Source: an uncultured bacterium
Lineage (GTDB): Bacteria; Zixibacteria; MSB-5A5; UBA10806
Direction: 5' to 3'
DNA: 64,000 bases
Assembly (NCBI GenBank): GCA_965541585.1
Contig: CBEUCH010000004.1
Coordinates: 135,871-199,870, forward strand
The notes beneath the pieces were generated by a model that saw nothing but the letters and a program-made list of their open reading frames with translations, did no database searches and was not told the DNA's origin. Below are positions 38,412-47,348 of this stretch, piece by piece (the stretch's first letter is position 1; the number at the start of each line of letters is the position of its first letter). The translations under genes were made by a program, and so were the position numbers.

Positions 38412-39983
38412 CTATGGCTGGGTACCGCTGTGGCATTCGTAGCAGCCGATTTCCCGCCAGGCCTCGTCTATATCCACGGGATGCTTGAATTCGAGGCCCT
38501 CCTGGGAGACCGAAACCTCGAATGTCTCGCCGGCGCCCTGGGACATGATACTGTGGCAGGCTCTGCAATCGTGGGTGATCGTTATTCCGTCCTCGGTCTT
38601 GTGATCGCCAAGATGACATCGCATACAGCCCTTATCGTAAAAGTGCCCGATATTATCCAGATAGTGGGTCCAGTTCGCTTTCATTTCCGGGAAGATATTC
38701 GTGGAGAAAGCTCCCTGGGCCGATACTATGGCTGCATCTATCGTCACCCGATTTTCATGGTAGAATTCAGCGTGATTGATCCGGTAATAATCGGTGATAT
38801 AATTAGCTATGCCTGCAATGGCTTCTTCGTTACTCGAATATTCCCGGGACAGCGCCTCCACAGCGATCCTTTTGATTTCGGGAATAGTCGGATTGACCTG
38901 GCCGGTCAGGATTATCCTATCAATGGCATAATCCGGGGAGTAGAAAATATGGCTTGGCCGGTTGTGGCAGTCCATGCAATCCATCACCCTCGGGGTCGCC
39001 ACGGCAATTTCCTCCGGTGTTAATGGATCCGTTTCGTCCTGGTATACCGTGATCCGGCCGGTCTCCTGGTCGATGATCCGGACCCAGGGAATATCCTGCC
39101 GCTCATCGTCGCGAGCGATATATTCCACCTTGACTCCGATGTTCATATGCCAGTGAATCCCGGAGGTCTGTCCGGTTTTGGGATCACCACCGCCGGTTTT
39201 GATAAGCAAATTTATAGGCCAATGGGAATTCTCCACATCATAAATATAATGGTTAAGCTGTTTCTGCTGGGCGCCGAAAAACTGCTCGGGCCAGTGACAT
39301 TTCTCGCAGGTCTCCTGAGCGGGGCGCAGGTCTTCGATGGGCGTCGGAAGCGGCCTTGGATAAGTGTTGGCTGTTACCGCGTAAACCTGATAAGCTCCCG
39401 ATAGCTTCGATTTGGTATACCACCCCGCTCCGGTCCCAACATGGCACGCCGTGCAAGCCACCCTGGCGTGGGGAGAGCCTTGATAGGCAATATACTCCGG
39501 GGCCATGACCGAATGGCACAGCTTCCCGCAAAATTCCACCGACTCCGTGTAGTGATAAGCCTGGTAGGTAACCACGGCAGCGATCAAGGCAACCAATATC
39601 GAAGCATGAATGAAAATAAATGTTGCGGTTCGGTGAGCTCGCTTGTTAAGGTCAATATAGGGCCATCTCCTGTACGGTATCTCCCCGGTTTTCTGCCACC
39701 GTCGCCAGTGCCGGTACATGCCGATGGGGATCAAAATTAGCCCGATAGCCAGTATTGGCGGCAGTATAACATAAACATATATGCCGATATACGGGTTTTC
39801 GATGCGGGAAAAGAAATTAAAGACCAGGTTAAAGACTATTAGAAGAGCCGTCAGCGAGGCTATGAAGACTCCGACCGAACTTGTCCAGTTATTGAATACC
39901 TTTGATATTGTTGATTTATCCTTCATTATTCTTATCCCATTTCTCGTTAAGGCCAGGCATCGGTTTGACGCACAGGATTTCAA
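38412..39983 (-). CDS. Membrane-anchored multiheme c-type cytochrome (6 CxxCH + 1 CxxxCH)
   Basis: Two N-terminal TM helices. Heme motifs CGKLCH (CX3CH), CTACH, CEKCH, CMDCH, CMRCH, CRACH and CYECH. 523 aa. Confidence 0.75.
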   Translation of the reverse strand: MKSCASNRCLALTRNGIRIMKDKSTISKVFNNWTSSVGVFIASLTALLIVFNLVFNFFSRIENPYIGIYVYVILPPILAIGLILIPIGMYRHWRRWQKTGEIPYRRWPYIDLNKRAHRTATFIFIHASILVALIAAVVTYQAYHYTESVEFCGKLCHSVMAPEYIAYQGSPHARVACTACHVGTGAGWYTKSKLSGAYQVYAVTANTYPRPLPTPIEDLRPAQETCEKCHWPEQFFGAQQKQLNHYIYDVENSHWPINLLIKTGGGDPKTGQTSGIHWHMNIGVKVEYIARDDERQDIPWVRIIDQETGRITVYQDETDPLTPEEIAVATPRVMDCMDCHNRPSHIFYSPDYAIDRIILTGQVNPTIPEIKRIAVEALSREYSSNEEAIAGIANYITDYYRINHAEFYHENRVTIDAAIVSAQGAFSTNIFPEMKANWTHYLDNIGHFYDKGCMRCHLGDHKTEDGITITHDCRACHSIMSQGAGETFEVSVSQEGLEFKHPVDIDEAWREIGCYECHSGTQP

Positions 39984-40283
39984 AAGCCTTTAGCTTATTT
40001 AGTTAACAAAGAAGGGCTTTTCAGGCAAGCATTTTTATTATTATTTTGTAATATATCAGGCCGAAAGGCGGCGCGATGCCCGCGTCATGACTTCCGACCG
40101 GCGGATGGACAGAGTGGCTTCAGAATTATCGGAATAACAAGAGCAGGAACCAATACTATAATCTTCGAATACTACATTCAAGAAATAAATACTGAATCGC
40201 CGACCCATGTTTATTTATAGAGGGAAAATTATAATAAAATACCAAAAGCCTGTCCATTCATTGTAACGATCCTTAAAAACTTA

Positions 40284-40312
40284 TTGACTTTCGAAGACAG
40301 TTCGGGTAAAAT
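40284..40312 (+). promoter_or_regulatory. Candidate sigma70 promoter for the cytochrome/NrfCD-like operon
   Basis: TTGACT, 17-nt spacer, then TAAAAT, ~48 nt upstream of the 40361 start, in an AT-rich 377-bp divergent intergenic region. Confidence 0.4.
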
Positions 40313-40360
40313 AGCAAAGGGTTTTTTTACTATTATCAGAGTACCCTCGGAGATGAATTC

Positions 40361-41104
40361 TTGAACAGACCCAGGATCCCCCAGCAAATAATTAGCCTGG
40401 CTATACTTTTTGCAATAGCAATTGCCGCCCTTGTTTGGGCCCGTATATTGCTTGTCCCCGAATCATTCGGAAAATACGGTCATTACAGGGCCGATGCGGT
40501 CGGCGAGATAGCTTCTCAGGAAATAAAATACGCCGGTAGTAGCGCGTGCGTGGATTGCCATGATGATATCTCTGAACTCAAAGAAAAATCTCATCATAGA
40601 GATGTATCGTGCGAAGTTTGTCATGGTCCCGCAGCGAGGCATACCGATTCCCCTGACGAATTCATACCTGACGCACCGAGAGGGCGTGGATATTGCCCGC
40701 TTTGCCACGGTTACAATCCGTCCCGCCCCACCGGGTTTCCGCAGATTATCACCATGCTTCATAATCCCGGCGAAGCTTGTATGAAATGTCATGATCCGCA
40801 TAATCCTCTTCTGCCGCACACGCCGGAGGAATGCAGTGCTTGCCACCGTGAAATTGCAAACAAGAAGAGAGTATCCCATCATGTTTCGTTACCCTGCACA
40901 AGATGTCACATCGTTCCAGAGGAACATTCAGTCAATCCGCGGTTTGCGCTTGCTCAGAAGCCTGCGAAAAGAGAACTTTGCGGGGAATGTCATGCTGTGG
41001 GAGCGAGGAGTCCCAGGGAAATTCCCCGGATAGACCTTGATGACCACTGGAAACGTTACTTATGCTGGGATTGTCACTACCCGCATTATCCGGAGGCCAG
41101 GTGA
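40361..41104 (+). CDS. Octaheme c-type cytochrome with N-terminal membrane anchor
   Basis: 247 aa with eight CxxCH motifs (CVDCH, CEVCH, CPLCH, CMKCH, CSACH, CTRCH, CGECH, CWDCH). N-terminal TM 'IISLAILFAIAIAALVWARILLV'. TTG start. Confidence 0.8.
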   Translation: MNRPRIPQQIISLAILFAIAIAALVWARILLVPESFGKYGHYRADAVGEIASQEIKYAGSSACVDCHDDISELKEKSHHRDVSCEVCHGPAARHTDSPDEFIPDAPRGRGYCPLCHGYNPSRPTGFPQIITMLHNPGEACMKCHDPHNPLLPHTPEECSACHREIANKKRVSHHVSLPCTRCHIVPEEHSVNPRFALAQKPAKRELCGECHAVGARSPREIPRIDLDDHWKRYLCWDCHYPHYPEAR

Positions 41105-41877
41105 ACAGGAAAGAGTCCGCTCGATCAAGCCGACGAGAATTCTTGATAAGCTGTTCAAAAGCACTTCCGGTAACGGGATTCTTTTTCTTCCCTTTCAGCG
41201 CCGGTCAATTACTTTTCGGCCAGGAGCTCGATAAGTATGACCCTACGCAGCATAATTATGCGATGGGGATAGACATCCATAAATGTATAGGTTGCGGCAG
41301 GTGCGTGGCTGCCTGTAAAAAGGAGAACGACGTTCCCGAAGAACCTCATTACTTTCGCACCTGGGTAGAAAGATATATCATTTCTACGGATGGAGAAGCC
41401 CATGTGGATAGCCCAAACGGCGGTATAGACGGTTTCCCGGAATTCAAAGGTGATATTGATATCCTGCGGTCATTCTTCGTCCCCAAACTGTGTAATCACT
41501 GCGTAAATCCGCCATGTGTTCAGGTATGCCCGGTCGGCGCCACCTTTGTGAGCCGCGATGGTGTTGTTTTAATCGACGAGCAATATTGTGTCGGTTGCCG
41601 GTACTGTATTCAAGCCTGCCCTTACGGAGCTCGCTTCCTTCACCCCGAGAAGAGAGTGGCGGACAAATGCACCTTTTGCTATCACCGCATCGTGAAGGGA
41701 TTGCTCCCCGCCTGTGTGGAGGCCTGTCCGACCCAGGCACGTGTTTTCGGGGAGGCCGGATTACAGAGCAGTCCGTTAAGACGATTTCTCCGCTTTAATG
41801 ATATCGTTGTTCTCAAAGCCTCGCTGAATACTCAGCCCAAAGTCTATTACGCCGGAGCGGACGGGGAGGTGAGATAA
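41101..41877 (+). CDS. 4Fe-4S ferredoxin-type iron-sulfur subunit (NrfC/PsrB/HybA-like), Tat-exported
   Basis: Four Cys clusters ('CIGCGRCVAAC', 'CNHCVNPPCVQVCP', 'CVGCRYCIQACP', 'CTFCYHRIVKGLLPACVEACP'). The twin-arginine motif is 'SRREFLI'. The likely start is GTG 41101, overlapping the upstream stop as 'GTGA', with GGAGG 4 nt upstream. The track's ATG 41062 would overlap the cytochrome gene by 43 nt. Confidence 0.8.
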   Translation: MNRKESARSSRREFLISCSKALPVTGFFFFPFSAGQLLFGQELDKYDPTQHNYAMGIDIHKCIGCGRCVAACKKENDVPEEPHYFRTWVERYIISTDGEAHVDSPNGGIDGFPEFKGDIDILRSFFVPKLCNHCVNPPCVQVCPVGATFVSRDGVVLIDEQYCVGCRYCIQACPYGARFLHPEKRVADKCTFCYHRIVKGLLPACVEACPTQARVFGEAGLQSSPLRRFLRFNDIVVLKASLNTQPKVYYAGADGEVR

Positions 41878-41880
41878 CCG

Positions 41881-43077
41881 ATGGAGGCGATCGCCACCAA
41901 CATAGTAACCGGGCTTCAGGATATAACAGGCTATATATACCCCAATGAATACGAATTGCACTGGGGGATTCTGATTGTGCTCTATCCATATCTTACGGGC
42001 CTGGTTGCGGGTGCTTTTATCCTTGCATCGCTCGAAAGAGTATTTAATGTAAAAGCGCTGCAGCCGGTTTACAGGTTATCCCTTTTATCCGCATTGGCAT
42101 TCCTGTTTATAGCGCCCCTGCCGCTTCTGGCTCATCTCGGCCATCCGCAACGTTCTTTTGAAATGTTTCTGACACCGCATACGCAGTCGGCGATGGCTAT
42201 GTTCGGGTTCGTTTACGCCTGGTATCTCATGGTTGTATTGTTGCTGGAGATCTGGTTTGATTACCGGAAGGATATTATAACCTGGTCACGGGAAAAAAAG
42301 GGAATCACGAAGTATCTTTACCGGATACTTTCGCTGGGTGCAATGGACATGTCAAAGGAATCTCTACAATTCGATAGAAAGATAGGCAAATTCATCACCA
42401 TTATAGGTATCCCGTCCGCATTCCTTCTGCATGGTTATGTGGGATTTATTTTCGGATCGATCAAGGCCAATCCCTGGTGGAGCAGCGTCCTGATGCCGAT
42501 AGTCTTCCTCTTTTCGGCAATCGTCTCCGGTATCGCATTGATTCTGGTGATATACATGATTACTACTTTGTTTCGCTGGAAACAGATGGATATGTCCTGC
42601 CTCAACAAGCTGGCGGAGTTTCTGATCTATGCCATGATTGTCGATTTTTCGTTGGAGCTTCTGGATTTCATTCAGCGGCTCTACGAATCGGAAGAATCCA
42701 TCAATATATTGTCGCAAATGATATCCAGCAGGTTATTCCTCAGCCTGATAATCTCGCAAATCCTTCTCGGCGGCGTCATACCAATGGTGGCACTGGTCTG
42801 GGCAAGGTTCGGCAAAGTGCCGGATGAGATGCGGAGGATAGCTTATTTTCTCGCTGCCATCCTGGTGCAGGTAGGTATTTTCAGCACCCGATGGAACGTT
42901 GTGATTGGCGGACAGCTATTCTCCAAGAGTCTCAGAGGCCTGACGGTTTACAAGGTAGAGTTTTTTGGGCTTGAGGGCTTATTGATGACAATCCTGTTAT
43001 TGATTGCGCCGCTCGCTATCTTATTCGTACTCTCCAAGGTGCTGCCTCCGTGGCCCGATGCGGAGGTGAAAATATGA
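41881..43077 (+). CDS. NrfD/PsrC-family polytopic membrane subunit (quinol-interacting)
   Basis: 398 aa with 8-10 TM helices. It starts 4 nt after the Fe-S gene stop. The NrfD-like hydropathy pattern is present. Confidence 0.8.
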   Translation: MEAIATNIVTGLQDITGYIYPNEYELHWGILIVLYPYLTGLVAGAFILASLERVFNVKALQPVYRLSLLSALAFLFIAPLPLLAHLGHPQRSFEMFLTPHTQSAMAMFGFVYAWYLMVVLLLEIWFDYRKDIITWSREKKGITKYLYRILSLGAMDMSKESLQFDRKIGKFITIIGIPSAFLLHGYVGFIFGSIKANPWWSSVLMPIVFLFSAIVSGIALILVIYMITTLFRWKQMDMSCLNKLAEFLIYAMIVDFSLELLDFIQRLYESEESINILSQMISSRLFLSLIISQILLGGVIPMVALVWARFGKVPDEMRRIAYFLAAILVQVGIFSTRWNVVIGGQLFSKSLRGLTVYKVEFFGLEGLLMTILLLIAPLAILFVLSKVLPPWPDAEVKI

Positions 43078-43199
43078 TATTGCCATGACGGAGATGCAGG
43101 GCATATAGAATCAGTGCCTGGATTGGCATTTATCTCATCATCCTTACTTGATATCAGACGAGACCCTTTAATCATCAGTCAGCGTCTATCGGCATTCAG

Positions 43200-43228
43200 T
43201 TGACAAAATAATGTCGGGCCTTTATCTT
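43200..43228 (+). promoter_or_regulatory. Candidate sigma70 promoter for the rubrerythrin-like gene
   Basis: TTGACA, 17-nt spacer, then TATCTT. ~35 nt upstream of the 43263 start. Confidence 0.35.
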
Positions 43229-43262
43229 CTCCCCCAGTGGATATTCCAATCACCTCTAAATC

Positions 43263-43763
43263 GTGAGGGAGCGACGGATGAGAGAATCGACCCAACAGTC
43301 TTTAGATACCCTCTCAATAGGTATTAATGCGGAATTAGCGGCCTACATTTTCTATAAACGGGCCTCTGAAAAAATCGAAGATCAAGCGATCGTCGCCATG
43401 TTAACCAATCTGGCCGCTGAAGAGAAAAATCATTACTGGATGCTTGAAAGCGAATATGATAGCCTGGTCCGCTCTGAAAAATGGATTTCCTACAATGACA
43501 TCATGCGGAAGGACGGCCTGCCGGAAATACCGGATGAGATGTCCGAAAAGCACAAAAAAAGACTGGATGCTTTAGAAACCACATCCGATATCCGGTCGAT
43601 ACTCGAGATGGCCCTGACGCTGGAAGAAGAGGCACGCGATTTTTATCGTTCTCAGATCGATAAGATCGATGACCCTCTGGCCGTAGAGATATTCACATTC
43701 TTAAGCAAGTTTGAACAGGGACATATCAACCTCATTAGCGGCTGGCTTGCGAAACTGGGGTAG
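43263..43763 (+). CDS. Rubrerythrin-like ferritin-fold diiron protein (no rubredoxin domain)
   Basis: Two E-x-x-H motifs ('EEKNHYW', 'EQGHINL') plus paired glutamates ('EEEARDFY'). 166 aa. Confidence 0.6.
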   Translation: MRERRMRESTQQSLDTLSIGINAELAAYIFYKRASEKIEDQAIVAMLTNLAAEEKNHYWMLESEYDSLVRSEKWISYNDIMRKDGLPEIPDEMSEKHKKRLDALETTSDIRSILEMALTLEEEARDFYRSQIDKIDDPLAVEIFTFLSKFEQGHINLISGWLAKLG

Positions 43764-43793
43764 GGAAGATTATCGAATATGACCCCGCAAGTA

Positions 43794-44399
43794 TTACAGC
43801 GGGAGGACCAGAAATATCATAACATCCCAGACAGCGTGCGAGATTATAGCCGGCCAGAGCGACCTGAACCGCATATAGATCCAGCCCCAGAATAAACCGC
43901 ATATCAAGGCGGCCATAAACAGTACGAAATTGGCGGCCCAGAGGTGAACGGCAGCATATATAAACGCTCCTGCAATCCAGCCGATAACCGCATCGTATTT
44001 TTTCGATAGAACCCTCTGCACCATCCCCCGCCAGAATATCTCCTCGGCCGGGCCAATTAGGAAGAATAATAACAGGCCGATCTTCCAGTGATCCATCTGC
44101 GCCCTCTTATCGTATATCGAATCGATCTGATGGGATGCAAAATCAAAAATCACTCTGGAGAGAAAATCGCCACTCCAGAATACGACGTACAATACTGCCG
44201 CCGAAAAGAGACCCCAGAAGATATAGTTTCTTTTAAATTCGAATAACGCCCTGCGATCATCACCGGAGAACGCAATCGACCAAGCGGCCAGAAGACCTGC
44301 CGCTACGGTCATTCCCCACCAGAAATCAACGAGTTCGAGGCCGAATAGCACCAGCCAGAAAAGGGCGGCAAAAACCGCCCCGGTTATCATCGGAAGCAC
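43794..44399 (-). CDS. CPBP-family (CAAX/Abi) intramembrane metalloprotease
   Basis: 'EEIFWRG', 'FIYAAVHL' and 'HAVWD' motifs in a multi-TM protein. Confidence 0.7.
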   Translation of the reverse strand: MLPMITGAVFAALFWLVLFGLELVDFWWGMTVAAGLLAAWSIAFSGDDRRALFEFKRNYIFWGLFSAAVLYVVFWSGDFLSRVIFDFASHQIDSIYDKRAQMDHWKIGLLLFFLIGPAEEIFWRGMVQRVLSKKYDAVIGWIAGAFIYAAVHLWAANFVLFMAALICGLFWGWIYMRFRSLWPAIISHAVWDVMIFLVLPL

Positions 44400-44409
44400 G
44401 GAAATCCTA

Positions 44410-45327
44410 TCACGCTACGAATTTGTTCAATACAAACGATATGGTCAGCAGGATTCCGAACAGAAAATGAAACTGCGCGGTCTGAACATCGACCAACGCC
44501 AACGACGGGTCGCTTTTTTCAAGTTTCGGATTGACTGTTTTCATCAGTTTCAATGCAATGGGCAGGGTTAGAAGGACAATCAGCGACCACGGGGAGATGG
44601 TCCTCGCAACGACCATAATCAATACGGATATATAGGCCCCGATTACAAGGATGTAATAGAAAAATGCGGCGAATTTTCTGCCGCCTATAGTGGACGCTGT
44701 TTTGAATCCCGCGCGGGCGTCATTCTCGATATCCCTGAAATCGTTGGCCTGCAGGATGGCCGCTACCAGACATCCCACCGGCAGGCTGACCCAGATGACA
44801 TGCCACCCGAAAGGTAACCCCTGAGCCAGGTATCCTCCCAGAACCATTAAGGGCCCCATCATCAGAAATACCCAGGGTTCGCCCAGGCCACGGTATTTGG
44901 TGCCGATCGGATCGGCTGTATAAAATACCCCCCCGATTAAACCGACTATGCCCAGAATCAGGATTGGCATTCCTCTCAGATAAACCAGCCATAGCCCGAG
45001 AGCAATACCGATTATCCATAGAACTATGCTGCCCCACAGGATCTGCTTCGGCTTCATCAGTCCGAACGGCAGGATCTTTGAAGATCCATAGATCTCTTTT
45101 GTATCAAAACCCTTGATAAAATCGAAATAATCCGAGATCAGGTTCGTGGCGGCGTGATATATAACACCCGCAAATAACGCTATAACAAAGATTCCCCAGT
45201 TGAAACCGCTTTCCATCTCCAGCCAGGCCAGAAACGATCCGACCAGTACCGGGACCGCCGAGGCGGTGAACGAAAAAGCTCTCACTGCCTGAAACCACAA
45301 TGCCAGCTTTGATTTTTGCTCCGACAT
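44410..45327 (-). CDS. UbiA-family prenyltransferase (MenA-like, 1,4-dihydroxy-2-naphthoate polyprenyltransferase)
   Basis: Asp-rich motifs 'NLISDYFDFIKGFD' and 'NDFRDIENDARAG'. ~9 TM segments. The track start at 45408 overlaps the macro-domain gene by 80 nt. The Met at 45327 ('MSEQKSKLALWF') directly follows that gene's stop, so it is taken as the start. Confidence 0.7.
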   Translation of the reverse strand: MSEQKSKLALWFQAVRAFSFTASAVPVLVGSFLAWLEMESGFNWGIFVIALFAGVIYHAATNLISDYFDFIKGFDTKEIYGSSKILPFGLMKPKQILWGSIVLWIIGIALGLWLVYLRGMPILILGIVGLIGGVFYTADPIGTKYRGLGEPWVFLMMGPLMVLGGYLAQGLPFGWHVIWVSLPVGCLVAAILQANDFRDIENDARAGFKTASTIGGRKFAAFFYYILVIGAYISVLIMVVARTISPWSLIVLLTLPIALKLMKTVNPKLEKSDPSLALVDVQTAQFHFLFGILLTISFVLNKFVA

Positions 45328-45328
45328 T

Positions 45329-45850
45329 TCAAACCTCCATGCTGTCTGCGCCAAGCGCTGTTCTATATGCATTGAATGCGGCATCGTCGAAAAGGACGAA
45401 GCCGACACTCGCGATGAAATTCGAGTCTTTCAAATAATCCCGGGTGGCCTTTATCATAACCTCCGCCGCCTTATCGAGTGGAAAACCTCCGACGCCGGTG
45501 CCCAACGCCGGGAAATCAATCGATTCAAGGCTCAGTTCGTCGGCCCGCAGAAGCGAGTTATATGTCGCCATCCGGATCATGTTCTCATCCGTTTTCAAAT
45601 CCTGCCCCATTACGGCGGCATGGACGACATATTTGTTGGGAAGCGAACCGGCCGTGGTGACAACCGCCTCTCCCACCTGAATCGGCCCTCTGGATACCGC
45701 CTCGTCCTCTATATCCTGGCCGCCCTTGCGCTTGATCGCTCCCGCCACTCCCGCTCCCATCCAGAGATGGTTGTTGGCAGCGTTGACGATGGCATCGGCT
45801 GTCGATTCGGTGATGTCTCCTTTTATTACTCTGATTGTTTTCCCCGGCAT
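45329..45850 (-). CDS. Macro-domain protein (O-acetyl-ADP-ribose deacetylase, YmdB-like)
   Basis: 'IKGDITESTADAIVNAANNHLWMGAGVAGAIKRKGG' and 'VVHAAVMG'. Confidence 0.8.
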   Translation of the reverse strand: MPGKTIRVIKGDITESTADAIVNAANNHLWMGAGVAGAIKRKGGQDIEDEAVSRGPIQVGEAVVTTAGSLPNKYVVHAAVMGQDLKTDENMIRMATYNSLLRADELSLESIDFPALGTGVGGFPLDKAAEVMIKATRDYLKDSNFIASVGFVLFDDAAFNAYRTALGADSMEV

Positions 45851-45852
45851 GA

Positions 45853-46428
45853 TTAAGAATCCACTTTTATTTTTCGAGCATCAAGATACTTTCCGATTTT
45901 CTCCGGCGCAAGTTTTTTCGTCAGGTAGATCAATCCCAGCCCGATAGCGGCTCCGTAAACTGCACCCGCTACCACGTCCGATGGATAATGCACACCCTGA
46001 TAGACCCGCCCGATCGCAACCAGAGTGGCGACGGGATAAAGATAGTAGCGCGTTGATTTGTAAAAGCCACCGATCACCACGGCCAGACCAAACATGTTGG
46101 CGGCATGTGATGACGGAAAACTGAAAACCCCTCCGCAACCGTCGACAACCCGTACCCAGATAAGCGACGGGTCATGGCAGGGCCGGATACGCCCCACCAA
46201 CGGTTTTGCGATCCGGTAGATTGTTGGGTCTATTATCAAAGCCGCCAGCGCTGCCAGCGCCACCATCCAGCGTCCTCTGGGGCCGCCCTTCCAGAGTAGC
46301 ATGATAGAGATAAGGACCACCGGCCAGCGCCAGATATCGAAATTGCAGATGTAGGAAAAAAAATAATCAAGCGGGGGCATCGCGATGGTATTATTGAAGA
46401 ATTTCAAAAGCGCCAGATCTATCGGCAA
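45853..46428 (-). CDS. PAP2-family phosphatase (phosphatidic acid/undecaprenyl-PP phosphatase-like)
   Basis: The motifs 'KPLVGRIRP', 'SFPSSHA' and 'RVYQGVHYPSDV' make up the acid phosphatase tripartite signature. Confidence 0.75.
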   Translation of the reverse strand: MPIDLALLKFFNNTIAMPPLDYFFSYICNFDIWRWPVVLISIMLLWKGGPRGRWMVALAALAALIIDPTIYRIAKPLVGRIRPCHDPSLIWVRVVDGCGGVFSFPSSHAANMFGLAVVIGGFYKSTRYYLYPVATLVAIGRVYQGVHYPSDVVAGAVYGAAIGLGLIYLTKKLAPEKIGKYLDARKIKVDS

Positions 46429-46677
46429 GTTGCCTCCTTATTGAGCAGATAATATACCATGGAATAGAGATTGACAAACAGCAATTACATCATTATAGAA
46501 CTAAAGAATCGTATTGTAAAGATATCGGGTTAATTAACGATTAATCCTGATGCGGTACTTCTATTTAGGGGGAATGCAATGAGAACCATCGTATCGCTTG
46601 GCGTTATTACGATATTATTGTAGTTTACCTTCACTCTATCAGGTCAGGAAACGGAATCTGAAATTAAGATTCTGCGG

Positions 46678-47310
46678 GTGAGGTCGTTTCATGGAAACGA
46701 AGTTGACGCTGTATCCGGAGAGGTCTGGTTCGGGCTGTATCCCTCGGAGGATGGATTCGAACTGATTCGATCCGAAATTTCAGTTGAGCAGGTTTTTGAT
46801 CCTATCATGGATGCGGATGATAGCGCCGGGACCGGTAAGAAAATTTCGGTCGATTATCCAACAGAACCACTTTTTCTGGTGAAGGGATTGGAAAACTTGA
46901 TAGAAGGTATGGTAAAAACTGCTTTCTCAGGTAGAAGGTTTATATATCCTGGTGAGACTTTGAGCTTCGAATTCGAAGAAAGAGATTACTATGCTATGGC
47001 CGCATTTGGCGAGGTTGCGGACGCCGGTATCGCAAGGCCTTTTCATTTTAAATATCGTGATTATCAAATAAAATTCTCACACACTCCTTGGGCCAATACT
47101 CAACTGATAGCCTCTTTTGCTGGTCTGTCAATTGATAGATCGCCGGCTCTTCTCTGGGCCGGTGATCTGGACAGAGATGGCAAGCTCGACTTATTGATGG
47201 ATCTAACCTATCACTACAATGTTACTCTTTACTCTCTTTTCCTTTCGTCCGCCGCTGAAGGGGATAAACTTGTGAAGCTCGTGTCTCAATTTAGAAATAC
47301 AGGATGTTGA
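46678..47310 (+). CDS. Hypothetical protein; possibly the mature part of a secreted protein whose signal peptide (ATG 46579) is separated by an in-frame TAG
   Basis: GTG start in the track. In the same frame upstream, 'MRTIVSLGVITILL' (with RBS 'aggggga') ends at TAG 46621-46623 and then continues 'FTFTLSGQETESEIKILRV...'. Confidence 0.35.
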   Translation: MRSFHGNEVDAVSGEVWFGLYPSEDGFELIRSEISVEQVFDPIMDADDSAGTGKKISVDYPTEPLFLVKGLENLIEGMVKTAFSGRRFIYPGETLSFEFEERDYYAMAAFGEVADAGIARPFHFKYRDYQIKFSHTPWANTQLIASFAGLSIDRSPALLWAGDLDRDGKLDLLMDLTYHYNVTLYSLFLSSAAEGDKLVKLVSQFRNTGC

Positions 47311-47348
47311 GATAAATAGAGATTAATAGAGTATTCAAAGGTCAATAA

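Noticed and set aside
46623-46670. SRP-RNA-like string 'GUUUACC...CAGGUCAGG...GGAA'
   Set aside because: The match is only partial to the 4.5S RNA domain IV consensus. The flanking sequence cannot form the required closing helix, and the region sits in a protein-coding frame.
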